Origin: Macrostomum lignano
Taxonomy: Eukaryota
DNA: 48,145 nt
Assembly (NCBI GenBank): GCA_002269645.1
Contig: NIVC01004373.1
Coordinates: forward strand, 1-48,145
Direction of reading: 5' to 3'
Numbering within the stretch: position 1 is the first letter of the stretch; each line of letters starts with the position of its first letter. The notes under the pieces were generated by a model. The model saw nothing but the letters and a program-made list of their open reading frames with translations. It was not told the DNA's origin and did no database searches. The translations under genes were made by a program, and so were the position numbers. This document shows positions 13,556 through 26,100 of the stretch, piece after piece.

Positions 13556-13731
13556 ATAGCTATATGGGCTAGATAAATACAAAAATAATTGACAAAAAAT
13601 TGTCGAAATAATTCAATTTGAAAATGCTAGAAGATTCAAGCAGAAAATGCCTTGTACTTAAAGAGTGACAAATTTACTGCAAATTCTCAAATTCATTGGA
13701 AGAATCAAGGGTCCAGCACAGTCCTGAAGTC

Positions 13732-14022
13732 TCAAGCAGACACCGCCTCCTTGGCTCTGGCCTTGGCCTTGGCTTTGCGAATTTTTCGTCTGGCTTTCTT
13801 GGCGTCGCGAACATCGCGACGCTTCCGGTTGACAGCGCGAACTCCGCCGAACACGTGGCCCCGGCCTGCGGCCTGTTCAGCCTTTGATCTTGCCGACTCT
13901 TGCGCCTGTTCCGACTGCTTCTTGTGCTTTGCTTGCTTGTTGCCTGATTGCTGCTGCTGCTGCCTTGGTGGACGGCGTCGGTTTGAGTTGCTTGGCAACA
14001 GAGCGTACAAGTCGGGATTCAC
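13732..14022 (-). CDS. DDX52: DDX52-like last exon (basic tail)
   Basis: Acceptor CAACAG|GTG, phase 0 after SGCQ; K/R-rich tail to the stop codon. Confidence 0.8.
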   Translation of the reverse strand: MNPDLYALLPSNSNRRRPPRQQQQQSGNKQAKHKKQSEQAQESARSKAEQAAGRGHVFGGVRAVNRKRRDVRDAKKARRKIRKAKAKARAKEAVSA

Positions 14023-17000
14023 CTGTTGAAGGGGTTTTAAGGAACGACAACGTTATTATCGTGATTGCTGTATATCACGATCTTGTGAATCTGATTAGGG
14101 ATCTTGTGAATCTGATTAGGGATCTTGTGAATCTGATTAAGTATCTTGTGAATCTGATTAGGGATCTTGTGAATATGATTAGGGACCTTGTGAATCTGAT
14201 TAGGGATCTTGTGAATATGATTAGGGACCTTGTGAATATGATTAGGGATTGTGAATATGATACCTAAACCGATTAGGTATCCTTATAATCCGATTAGGGA
14301 TCTGGATAATCCGATTAGGGATCTGGATAACCCGATTAGGGATCTGGATAACCCGATTATGGATCTGGATAACCCGATTATGGATCTGGATAACCCGATT
14401 AGGGATCTGGATAACCCGATTAGGGATCTGGATAACCCGATTAGGGATCTGGATAACCCGATTAGGGATCTGGATAACCCGATTAGGGATCTGGATAACC
14501 CGATTAGGGATCTGGATAACCCGATTAGAGATCTGGATAATCCGATTAGAGATCTTGATAATACGATAAGGGATCTGGATAATTCGATTAGGGATATTGA
14601 TAATCCGATTAGGGATCTGGATAATCGGATTAGGGATCTGGATAATCCGATTAGGGATATTGATAATCCAATTAGGGACCCTGATGATCCAATTAGGGAT
14701 CCTGATGATCCAATTAGGGGGGTGCTTTCACAAGTTCGAAATTTCACAACGTCGAAAAGTAAATTATTTCACAAGGTCGAAACTTCACAAGGTCGAAATT
14801 TCACAACATCGAAACTCAAATAGCAGCCACTTTCACAAGGTCGAAACTTCATAAGCTCGAAATTTCACAACGTCGAAAACTTAATATAACAAGAACTATG
14901 CAGCAGTTTTCTACGTTGCAAAATTTCGATCTTGTGAAAGGTGCTATCGACCTTGTGAAATTTCGAGTTTTTGAAACCCCCCTCAATTAGGGATCCTGAT
15001 AATCCGATTAAGGATCCTGATAATCCTATTAGGGATCCTGATAATCCGATTAGGGATCCTGATAATCCGATTAGGGATCCCGATAATCCGATTAGGGATC
15101 CTGATAATCCGATTAGGGATCCTGATAATCCGATTAGGGATAATAATTATTAAAATCCCACCTGGCAACCGCTGTTCTTCATCACCGCCAGCACAGGTCT
15201 GAGATTAGGCAGATCTCGCTTCTCCCACAGGCTGACGGCCAGACCCCGACGGCCGGCCCTGCCGCAGCGGCCAATGCGATGAATGTACTCTCGGCTAGCC
15301 GTCGGCAGATCGTAATTAATCACCATAGCAACGCTGGGAAAGTCCATACCGCGAGCCATCAGGTCTGTACTGACCAAAGCCGGTAGGCGACCTTCGCGAA
15401 ATTTGCGAAGCAGTTTGTCTCGCGTCTCCTGAGGCCTGCCGGCGGTCACCGAGTCCACCTGGAGGCCCTGGTCCCTCAGCAGCTGGCACAGCTCGCTTGC
15501 TCGCTGCCGAGTGTGCACGAATATCAGCAGGGGGTACTGCAGGTCGCCTCGGGCGAACATAGTCTTGATCTCGTGAGCTTTGCCTGCGATGAGATTGACG
15601 GTGCTGAGATTAGGTATGATTGAGATACAGAGAGAGGGAGTGAGATTAGAGAAGAGGCATGCTTAAGAAAGAGACAAAGAATTTAGATGGGAGATCTTGA
15701 GACAAAGAGAGTCATAGTGAGATTAGATTCAAAATGCTTGAGGTTAGAGACAGGATAGATAAAAGATATCTGAAGCGGAATAAGCTACAAGAGGAATAGA
15801 TTTGAGATGCGACAGGGAAATTATATTGGAGATCCTTGGGGTAAGAGAGTGAGATTAGATAAGAGATACTTAAGATTAGAGGTTGAAACTAGATTAGAGT
15901 TGATTGAGATGGAGGGTAAGATTAGATAAGAGAATACATGAGACGTACAGTGAGATTAGATTGGAAACGCTTGAGATCGAGGATGAGATTGGATTGAAGA
16001 TATTTGAGAGGGAGGATGAAATTAGATAAGATATGCTTGAGATGGAGGATGAGATTAGATAAGATATGCTTGAGATGGAGGATGAGATTAGATAAGAGAT
16101 GCTTGATGTGTAGAATGAGATTAGATAAGAGATAAGAGATGCTTGAGATTGAGGGCAAGGGTGAGATTAGATTAAAGATGTCCGAGATGGACAGTGAGAT
16201 TAGAGAAGGTGCTCGAAAAAGAGGGTGATATTAGATAAGAGATGATTAGGATTGATTTAATGAAAGGGAGGGTGTGATTAGATTTGAGATGCTTCTCAGG
16301 TGGAGGGTAAGATTAGATAAGACATGTTTGAGATGGAGGATGAGATTAGATAAGAGAATGCATAAGATTGATAATGAGATCAGATTGGAGATAAAATTAG
16401 TAAGACTAATCTACTAACTCTAGTTGGGGTAAGAAAGTCAATCAAGCCTTGATTACCAGCTTCATTAGAGCAGAACACCAGTTTCTGGTCAATAGTGTTG
16501 GTGGCCGCCTGCTTCGGTCCAACACGCACAATGGCCAGGCGGTCGAAATTCTCACGGCAGAACTGCTCCACTGCCGGGTGGGCCGTGGCGCTTAACAGGG
16601 CGCGGGACAGCTGGGGGTGGCCGCATCTGGGGGGTTGGGTAGGGCGAGAGGCGTCGTTTATCGTTGAGGAGTTGCGTCGTATTTTTAGGATAACTGTTTG
16701 GTCTACCAACATTCCCTGTCTACCCATGGCACTACTCTGCACGCCCTTACTCTGCACACCCCTGCTCTGCACACCCTGCTCTGCACACCCTGCTCTGCAC
16801 GCCCTTACTCTGCACACCCCTGCTCTGCACGCCCTTACTCTGCACACCCCTCATCTGCACACCCCTACTCTGCACGCCCTTACTCTGCACGCCCGCTACT
16901 CTGCACACCCCTACTCTGCACACCCCTACTCTGCACACCCCTACTCTGCACACCCCTGCTCTGCACACCCCTACTCTGCACACCCCTGCTCTGCACACCC

Positions 17001-17902
17001 CTACTCTGCACACCCCTGCTCTGCACGCCCTTACTCTGCACACCCCTCATCTGCACACCCGCTACTCTGCACACCCCTACTCTGCACACCCCTACTCTGC
17101 ACACCCCTCATCTGCACACCCCTACTCTGCACGCCCTTACTCTGCACGCCCTTACTCTGCACACCCCTACTCAGCACGCCCCTATTCTGCACAAACCTGG
17201 AGCAGATGGCTCCTAATTGGTCGGCAAATTCCCGAGGTCCTTCATCGCGCAGCAGCCGGTCGGCTTCATCCAGCACCAGGTAGCGCACCGAGTCCAATCC
17301 CTCCGCTTTCAGCGGCCCGCCCGCGGTCAGCAGGTGCACCAGACGCTGAGGCGTGGACACCAGCATGTCGGCGCTGCGAACCTGTTCAACAGCGGCAGTC
17401 TGGCCCGAGTCGCCGTCAATATCCGAGGTGAGCAGTCGGACTCGATAGTCTGGCAGACCCTGCACCATCTGCTTGGCACTGTGAACCACCTGGCAGTGAG
17501 TCAGACAAAATAATTATAAGACCACTAAATATTGTACTGGAAAAATAGGCCCAATACTAAATTTATTGGACCACTATATCTTACACTACCTCAAAGGGGT
17601 TGGCAAACTTTGTACTTCAGGGGCCAGATAAAGAATCCAGCTCATGGCTTCAGGCCAGATGAGAGAAGATATGAAGTGAGACATATGAAAAGAGAAAAGA
17701 TAGAAGTGGAGAGAAGAGGGAGAAAATACGAGAGCGGAGAGCTTAGAGAGGGGAGAGAGTAGAGAGAGGGGAGAGAGTAGAGAAATGGGAGAGAAGAGAG
17801 GAGAGAATAGAGAGGGAGAGAACAGAGATGAGAGAGGAGATAGGAGGGGAGAGAGGGAGAAGAGAGATGAGAGAGGGAGAAGAGAGAGGAGACAGGAGAG
17901 AG

Positions 17903-17984
<82 letters not shown>

Positions 17985-18899
17985 CACGGCATGTTAAATT
18001 ATTTAATTGAAAGTAGGCTACCGGTTTCAAGCATCTGGGCTCTTCGTCAGGCCAAAAAATAGAGAGAGAGGGGGGAATGTAGAGAGGAGATAGGGGAGAA
18101 GAGAGAGGGGAGATAGGGAGGGGGGAGTAGGCAGAGAGACGGGAGAAGAGAGGAGACAGGAGAGAGAGGAGAGAGCGGAGAAGAGAGAGGAGAGAGGAAA
18201 GAGGGGAGAGGGGAGAGAGGGGAGAGTAGAGAGAGGGAAGAGAGAGGAGAGAAAGAAGAGAGAAGGGAAAGGGGACTAGGAGAGGAGAGAAGAGAATAGA
18301 CACAAACCTTGAGCGGGTTGGACTGCAATTGTGAAGCTTCAAAGAACCCAAGGGCCGGGCCTCGAGAGAGGCTTCGAGGGCTGAATGTGACACGCGAGTC
18401 GGAGTTTGCCAACCCCTGCTCTATCCAATTATAGGACCACTGCATTTTCCAACCTGAAGTTACCAACCTGTTTAGCCAGATCAACAGTAGGCAGCAACAC
18501 CAGCGCTGCTGGCTTATTCCTTGCACCGCTAGCATTATCGGCAACCAAGTTGGACTGATCAATCCAAGTTTTAGCCACAATAGGCAGCAGGTAAGCCAGT
18601 GACTTGCCACTACCAGTTGGTGCATAGGCCAGTACATTCCTGGACTGCATTAGCACTGGTACGCATTGCATTTGAATCGGTGTGGGCTCCTGATACTGCA
18701 GTCTGACAGTGATATTATGCAACAGTTTAGTTGGCAAGCCAAGGCTGCTAAACATTGAATCGAAATTCTCTTCAGGCTGAGGAATCTCATCGCCAACAAC
18801 GCGAATATAGTGACGCTTGCGCAGGCCTTCAATTGCACTCATACTACTAGTAGTAGCATTAGCAGTAGTAGCCAATTTTGAGTAAGTTTTGTTTTTCAT
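13732..18899 (-). CDS. DDX52: DEAD-box RNA helicase DDX52/ROK1-like, multi-exon gene
   Basis: Exons (>=18899)-18468, 17489-17197, 16626-16457, 15583-15162, 14022-13732 with GT-AG borders and matching phases. Motifs: Q (PTPIQMQ), [43 protein letters not shown], and a basic C-terminal tail. The 5' start is uncertain and an upstream exon is possible. Confidence 0.88.
14079..15140. repeat. Graded 21-bp minisatellite family interrupted by a 266-bp insert
   Basis: Units GATCTTGTGAATCTGATTAGG, GATCTGGATAACCCGATTAGG and GATCCTGATAATCCGATTAGG. Confidence 0.93.
14717..14982. mobile_element. MITE-like insert with G6/C6 ends and internal inverted sub-repeats
   Basis: Starts GGGGGG, ends CCCCCC. TTTCACAAGGTCGAAA copies on the left are mirrored by TCGACCTTGTGAAA on the right. 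CAATTA occurs on both flanks. Confidence 0.5.
15162..15583 (-). CDS. DDX52: DDX52-like helicase C-terminal domain exon
   Basis: [12 protein letters not shown]...[11 protein letters not shown]...[15 protein letters not shown]. Confidence 0.92.
15620..16390. repeat. Degenerate GA-rich minisatellite, intronic
   Basis: Recurring GAGATTAGATAAGA...GCTTGAGATGGAG. Confidence 0.8.
16457..16626 (-). CDS. DDX52: DDX52-like exon with SAT motif
   Basis: [23 protein letters not shown]...[13 protein letters not shown]; acceptor CCCCAG|A, donor G|GTAATC. Confidence 0.88.
16733..17190. repeat. 15-bp minisatellite, intronic
   Basis: Unit CTCTGCACACCCCTA. Confidence 0.95.
17197..17489 (-). CDS. DDX52: DDX52-like exon with DEAD motif
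   Basis: MLVSTPQRL...[13 protein letters not shown]; acceptor GCCAG|GTG, donor AG|GTTTGT. Confidence 0.9.
17594..18418. mobile_element. hAT-like non-autonomous element with GA-rich interior
   Basis: 15-bp inverted repeats AGGGGTTGGCAAACT (17595-17609) and AGTTTGCCAACCCCT (18403-18417). No matching 8-bp TSD seen. Confidence 0.5.
18468..18899 (-). CDS. DDX52: DDX52-like exon with Q motif and Walker A
   Basis: [17 protein letters not shown]...[12 protein letters not shown]...[11 protein letters not shown]; donor CAG|GTTGGT at 18468/18467. Confidence 0.88.
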
Positions 18900-19904
18900 G
18901 TCTGACCAATGAGTCTCATGAAATTGGTAGCTCAACACAAGTTAAAATGTCCGCTGGTGTGTCCTGTGTTTTCAATATTGCCAATGTGAAAAAACAGAAT
19001 TACAAGGAAACACTTTAGCTGATAGCACACAGTTATAGCTCTGTTTTATCATAGAGTATTAAATTTAAACTTTTAACTTTAATTAAAAGCATTCATTATT
19101 ATTAAATGAATAAATAAATCTAAATATTATGTTATTGTACATAATATATTATGTTATTTTAAATAATACTATCAAAATTATCCATGCCCCATTGGTTAAT
19201 AAATGATCATAGATGGCCATAGTGCTTTCATGCTTAGGTTTTGTTTCCTTGGTGACAAAAAAAGTAAATTCTAAATTTATAAAACAAAAGTACATGTAAT
19301 TTATAAGGCAAGGGGCACCATTTTTGATTATAAAGTTAATTTTTTTACTGGTAAGTTCTCTTTTTGAAATTGATATTAAAATCATTAAAAAATGTATCAA
19401 GAAAAATCAAAAACTTTTTAAGGCTTTTTTTGTTTGTTTACAAATTTTCAATGTTCAAATTTTTGCTCAACTAATGTAGTTGCTAAAGGCTTTTATTGAA
19501 ATGTTTTTTCTTCATGGAAATTGGAATATTTTTATTAGTTAATCAAGCTAAATAAACTGATACATGGTTGATCAGGCTATTGACCAAGTATGTCAACTTG
19601 TTTTAACTGCTCAACTAAATGATACCAAATTTTGCACCCACCCTAAACTCACTGGATAATGTCTTAGGGTGTCTTTAATTTCCTAACCTGAAGTTTCCTA
19701 CCTAAAAGTGCAAAAAACTGCTAAAAATGTGCATTTTTTCAATAAATCCTCTATAGTGCCATTCTACTTTCTACTTATATCAATCCTCTTTAAATTTGAC
19801 ACAATATAATCTTAAACTATTTTGACACAATTGTGTAAACTTTTGAGTTTCAAAGTTAGCCCAGTGCAAAAAGCTGCATCTAGTGGATGTCTTTTGGACT
19901 CTGC

Positions 19905-20313
19905 TCTCTCATTTCTCTCTCCTCCTCTCTCCCCCTCTTATCTCCTCTCTAATCTATCCTTTCTAATCTCTCCTCTCAATCCTCTTTTATTTCCTCTCTG
20001 CTCTCTTATCTTTACTTTCTTCTCACTATTCTCTACTCTCCTCTCTCATTGATCCTCTATCTCATCTCTTCCCTCTTATCACCTCTACTCTTTCCTGTCC
20101 CTCCTCTCTCCCCTCCTCTCGCTTCTTCTTCCCTTATTTTCTGCTCTCTCCTCACCCCTCATCTCTCCTCTTATCTTCTATCTTTTCTCTTATCCCCCCT
20201 CTCGCCTCTCCTCTCTTCTAGGTCAATTTCTTCTCTGTTCCACTCGCATCTGGCCTGCAGCCATGAGCTGGATTCTTTATCTGGCCTTTAAGATTAAAGT
20301 CTGCCAATCCCTG
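19905..20313 (-). mobile_element. Second partial copy of the same hAT-like element end followed by a GA-rich tract
   Basis: Reverse complement of 20245-20313 reads CAGGGATTGGCAGACTT...GGCCAGATAAAGAATCCAGCTCATGGC, shared with 17594-17660. Confidence 0.55.
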
Positions 20314-20604
20314 CTTGGAAAGCCAGTTTGTGCGACATAGTACACTCATGGTTGTTATCATTTCTCATGCTTCATGTCATTAAATCATGTCATCTTTCTG
20401 GCCAATTAGCAGCCCTGAGAGGAGTTTGTGTATCTTCAGCTCCATCGCAGTTTGCAGCAGTCTAACAACCAAGAAAATAAGCATTCTTAAGGAGGCCATT
20501 TAAATTTTAGGGTACCTTTATGTGAAACTTAATGTTTAAATTCATGGTGTAACAAACTAATATTGGATTGCACTGTATAATTGGTTATATATTTATTTTT
20601 GCTC

Positions 20605-20790
20605 AGCAGTCATTTTGTCTGCAGTCATTTTGCGGTCAGTCAAATTGCCACAGTCATATTGTTGGCAGTCATTTTGTCCGCAGCCATTTTGTTGGCAGTC
20701 AAATTGTTGGCAGTTGAATTGCTTGGCAGTCGAATTGCTTGGCAGTCAAATTGTTGGCAGTCAAATTGTGGCAGTCAATTGTCATAGACC
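20605..20790. repeat. 15-bp minisatellite
   Basis: Unit GGCAGTCAAATTGTT / GCAGTCATTTTGT. Confidence 0.85.
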
Positions 20791-23700
20791 CCTTTTGGAT
20801 CATGATAGGTCCTTAAAGGGGTTGCGTCAACTTTGGGAAAAAAACAGAAATTTTCACCTTAAAACACTGCAAAAGGTCAAATTGCAATTACCAAATGGTT
20901 AGAATGTTTGTTATTAATGAACTTTTGTGGGTCTGTTTTTAGTCTGTTTTTGTCTATTTAGACCCAACTTTATTTTTTAATTACTTTTGATTGCTGCATT
21001 AATGCTTATAATTTATTGGGATTTTGCTTCGTTTGGGATTTATTTCTGAATATTGAACACATATTGAAATCACTTCAATAGTCTGTTTTAAACTGACATG
21101 AACTCCTAAGAATAGTAACAATAGTTTGAAATCATCTAATGATACAATATTAGTAGCACAAGACAATAATAATGAACAATTTCAATTTATACTTAAAAGT
21201 TGCTTGCAAATCCTAAATCTGCACTTTAAATGGTAAATACTTTTGATAGTGAGACAGACATTGGCCGCATGGCTCAAAAAGAACAGAGGCAGCCTTTGAC
21301 CAGCAGAGGCAGTAGACCAATACTGCCTCAAATCAATGAATTTGGGCCAACCACCATGCTGCCATTGAGACAAGATTTGAGGACTGCAGTAAGAGAGGCT
21401 TAGAAAAATGTTTCTTTAGAGGAATTGACTCCTTGTCATCAGCCATTGCAGCTGCAAACCAAATCTTGATGGTCCCAAAGACTCCATAGCTGCCACTGGC
21501 CCAAAACATAGCAGCATTTAGCTGTCGATTTATCTTACCAACCATTAGACTTGAAGGAGGCAATCATCAGTCTAGCATTGATTTGTGGCATTCAAAAGCA
21601 ATTGATAGATTCTGGTATTAACCCTGCACTATAAACAAAAAGTGGCCAAAAAAGTGGCCAACTGCAAATTATCAATAAGCGGCCAATTGAATTTTTTTTG
21701 TAATTCAAACATGTAAAGCTTTATTTAATTTTATTTGCTTTATATATATTATATATATCTTTTTTAGCTACATTTTTTATACTAAAGGGTATACAAAAGC
21801 TCCAAATTGGTAAATTAAGGAGTTCATTTGTAGTTGCCAAGAGGCATGAAATTTTGTTAAGAGTTACAATTTCAAATATCCTCAAGATTGCTTAGCAAAA
21901 AATGAAAAATTGATTCTCCAAAAATTATATCAAATGTAAAAATCTAATATTGTAATGATGTTACTAATTCACAGAAATAATATCCTATTTAATACAGTGC
22001 TTAAAGCTTTTTTGTTATATGATTTATGAGTACAATTTGAATTTTTGCAAGTTGCTATTGTGGTAGCGGGGACTACCAACTGGTGAACATCTTTTCCATA
22101 AATCGAATGGACTGACTTGCGTCACTGCCTCCCGTTGCCCCAGCTGTTGTCCCCACTCGTTGCCCCTTTTGCTAGTCCTGTGCTCCCACCTTTGGCCCCT
22201 TCCGTTGGTTTTGTTTGTCCTCTGCTTGGCCCCTTTGTTTTTCCTATCTGTACCCATTGGTTGTTTCTGTCCACTGTTTGCCCTATCGGTTACCCCACTG
22301 GTTGCCCCATCGCCTGCCTGTTTGTCCCATCCCCTGCCCCACTTGTTGTTTGCCCTTATTTATGCAATTGCTTTTATGTGATGCTATTTTCAACCATGTC
22401 CATGTTCCTGCTCCTGTTTAGGTTTCAGTTCCTGTTTGACATTTACCATTTTCTGACACTAGTTTCTTATTTAGTGTTTAGTTTGTTTTTGCAGTTTGTT
22501 CATCGTGTTCTGATTAATAGTTCATGCTTAGTTAACTTTACTTAATTTAGTTCGCTACTGCACCCCCGGCACTAATCGCATTATTTTTTTGTAATAATAG
22601 TACTCGTTGGCTCGATCTAATAACTTGGTTTAGCTAATATTTTGACCCAATAACTATTTGTGCTAATAATAAAATGTGAGCAGCAGTGTTCTTTAAGTTT
22701 CATTTATTGACTAAAGCCTTTGTAGTCTATCTTTAGTAATTTGCTCGTGGGGTGTAAAACAACCGAATATCTCAACTCAAAATGACCTCTGAGATCTTAT
22801 GTTTCCATAAAATGAACAAATTATGGTGGTGGCAGCAACTACCCTATTGACAGTAATCAGCTCTGCAAATTGACACATTATTTTTGGTGTCAAAATCTCC
22901 AGTGTCTACCATCTGAATGACTGTGCCACTCTAACAACCACTCTGCTACAATTACAACTACTCTCCCCCTGAACTTGAGAACCTGGCAGTCAGAGTAAAA
23001 CAGGAGAAAATTCATTGTGATTTGTCTGCACAATTTTCTGGATTAAATTTGTGCGAACTCAACACTGGCGGCAATTTGAACGCAGAATCTGCCCAACTCA
23101 TTGGTGTCACTGAAACCCAAGAGTTTCCAAACCCAAAAAAATTTCTCTGCTCCACCTCACTATGAACAATTTGCTTATCTACGATTCTAAATTTCCTATT
23201 TTTATCTTAATTCAGTCCGACATTTTTCAATGACTGATTCAATAGTTTAAATTTCATAGCACTAGCCTAGCTAATATATCCTTTGCCCAACCTTTTCTAC
23301 TTTTCTTTCCATTGGCTTTACAACAACTTCACTTGCCTTCTTTGATTTGTTTGCTTATAATTTATTGATTGTATTACTTTAAGTTTTATATTTAACAACA
23401 GCATCACAAAATTACTATAATATTTAGGGGGGCCTAATCAATTCATTCTTTGTATATACTTAAGTCTATATGTTATTGTTTTAAATAAATAAGTTTGTAA
23501 CTTGCTGTGACTCACTTAAGCTTTTCTATATATTTTATTATTAGAAGTATATTTTAGATTAATATAATCTGAAATAGCCTGCTTTAGTCTAGGACTAGGT
23601 TTATTTGTAATATTACATTGATTTAAATTTGAATATAAATTACATCAACTCTATGTATACCAAGTTGTATTTATTTATTTGTACATAAAGCATATTGTTC

Positions 23701-24169
23701 ATTTACATTGCACAATGCTTTTGGAAGGTGATTTTGTACTAAAAAATGCCCAGAAAAAACCACACTACATACTTAAAAAGACATACTTTTAGGAATGTTT
23801 TTTCGTCATTGATTGAAATCAGGGTACCTGTCTTTTCTTTTAATTTCATTTTTAGCGAATTGCCAATGATAAACTGTACTCAACTTTTTATTCCAATCCT
23901 TTGTACATCTGTCAGCTAACTTGATGGCAATTTGAATAAGCATTTTTACTTAATTTTAAAATATCTCTTTATTTATTATATTTACTTTATTTATAGTAGC
24001 CAAATTTTTATAACACTATACTCGTATGCTACATATTTTATGCGCATGAATCTGCCTTCTTTTTGTAGTATTTTTGCAAACTTATTAAACAATATTATGC
24101 TGAAGACAGAATATTATAGACAGGTATTATAGGCATAGACAGAATATTATGCTAAGACAGTTTAAGACA

Positions 24170-26100
24170 GAAAATGCATGATGACTGCAGAGTGTATGCA
24201 TCCTTTGTCTAAGAAAAGCAGATCAACAAATTCTGCCTTGGCAAGTGCAAGCTATTGAGACCCATATGCTGGCTGGCTTTATCGCTGTTCAACATATTCT
24301 GCCCTCTAGTATATGCGAGAAATGACCCAAAATTTTATCCTCACTTAGAGACCTAGTACCAAGGCCTCTGCCTCCTAAGCTTAACTATGAGGCAATGGTA
24401 GCTGATATCGGCTAGCTTCCAGTGAGCCAAAGGTCCCAGCCACATTTTATATACAAGATCTACAAGATCGAATGTCAACTTGCTAAAGAATGCCACTTTT
24501 CAAAGCATTTACACAAGTGAGGTAGGCTCTGGTTGTGTCAAGCAAGGTCACCTTTTAACATCAGCCCACAAATTGGATTCTCCTACTGCATTGAAGATCT
24601 GCTCAAACTGGCACTCAGAAATTGGTCAAGGTAAGTAAGCCACATTGCTGTAATGAGCTGACCCTCATTCAAAATTTGTCTGGCCACTTGAGAAGTTCAG
24701 CAAAGGATAAACTAGTGAATTGAACTCTTACTTAGAAGCTGGTGGAAAGAAATTCGACAATAATGCTGAGAAGGGCCAAAGGAGGCAGGCCATTAGCTGT
24801 CAGGTGTCATGGAGCTTCTAAACCAAGATCTGCAAGCTTACTAACATCCCTATCAACTATGATGAAGCTGAAAATCTCTCTGGGCCTCAGCAATTGCCAG
24901 ATGCTACAAGCTGCCAAAGTTTTGCGATAGGGAGCTAGATCTGCAATTGCTGTCCAATTCCAACCTAGTGACACACCTTGTCAAGCAGGGTCAGCTCTTG
25001 CAACAGTTCTTTGGTATAGTGTAGCTAGATATTGGTAAGAAGCAATTGTCTACCGCAGTGATCTATACTGATATGCAAGCATTTGTTGAGAAAGTTGCCA
25101 GTGATTGAAAGTTAACTGAGTTTCAAGTCAAACTTGGCTTAAATGGCGGTGGCAGCTTCTTTAAAGTCTGCATAAGTCTGATGTTGCAGCAAGATAGCAG
25201 TGCAGATATGCAATTTAAGGACTTATGTGTCAAGAAGAGGATACTGCTGGCTATAGTTCCTGACATGCATGAGTGATACAAGAGCATCAGGGCTGTCTTT
25301 GAGACTCTAGATTTTGAGGGAGTTGCACTGGAGTGTAGCTGCTAATATGAAAGTTGCCAATATTATTTGTGGCCTGCAGTTGCATGCATTAGCTCATCCC
25401 TGTTGCTACTATGAGGCAGCAGTTTTGCTTGACTCTTGTGGCACCATGCAAACAATCGGACAGATTCAGCATATGGCAGCAGAATATGCAACCAGTGGCA
25501 AATCCAAGGTAAGTGCCAAGCATTTCCAAAACTGTGTGAGTGAGCTGCTGCTTTTGGTAGATGACGATGTCAAGATTCTGCAAGTGCTTCCACCCCCAGA
25601 ATTACACCTGATGCTGGGAATCACTAATTGTGTATTTGACTCATTAAATACAGCTTGGGGTGACAACCACATTTCATTGGGCTAGTGAATGCAGCATTGT
25701 CAGAGTCAGCTATTGAGGTGGGTCCATGGAGGAAAATGCATGTGGCATTCTGTTGCATAAGGCACAGGAGTTGTACAACACCCTGCCCAACAATTTGCGG
25801 TCATATGCCACCTGCTTGAAAAAGTTGGATGCCATAGTCAGCAGTTGTTTTGGCTTGCAGCTGCAGCCAAATTTTAACAACAAAATTCATCCTGGCATAC
25901 AAAGCTAAACCTGGCCATGTCTCAAAGGTCCACATGCTGTTGCAACATGTGTTGGCCTTCTGTATTGGCACCAGTGGCTATGCTCTCGGAAAGTTTAATG
26001 AGCAGGCCTTTGAGTCAGTCCATCATGATTTTAAGCTCACGTGGCAAAGGTACATGAAGCTGGTTTAGTATCCCAAATATGCAGTTGTAGATGCCCTTCT
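24170..26100 (+). pseudogene. Decayed DDE transposase, RAG1/Transib/Chapaev-like (family tentative)
   Basis: Frame-broken motifs KLGLNGGGSFFKVCISL, VKKRILLAIVPD, MKVANIICGLQLHALAHPCC, PPPELHLMLG, KVHMLLQHV, NEQAFESVHHDF; several stops and frameshifts. Confidence 0.65.

Noticed and set aside
13884-17283. ORFs such as IRDLDNP and LCTPL repeats
   Set aside because: Translations of 21-bp and 15-bp intronic arrays in DDX52; not coding.
19149-19400. MAIYDHLLTNGA as DDX52 exon 1
   Set aside because: Only a faint resemblance to ROK1 N-termini and no convincing donor; left unassigned.
22024-23420. Possible retroelement remnant
   Set aside because: GC-richer patches and short ORFs, but no RT, integrase or endonuclease motif I can support.
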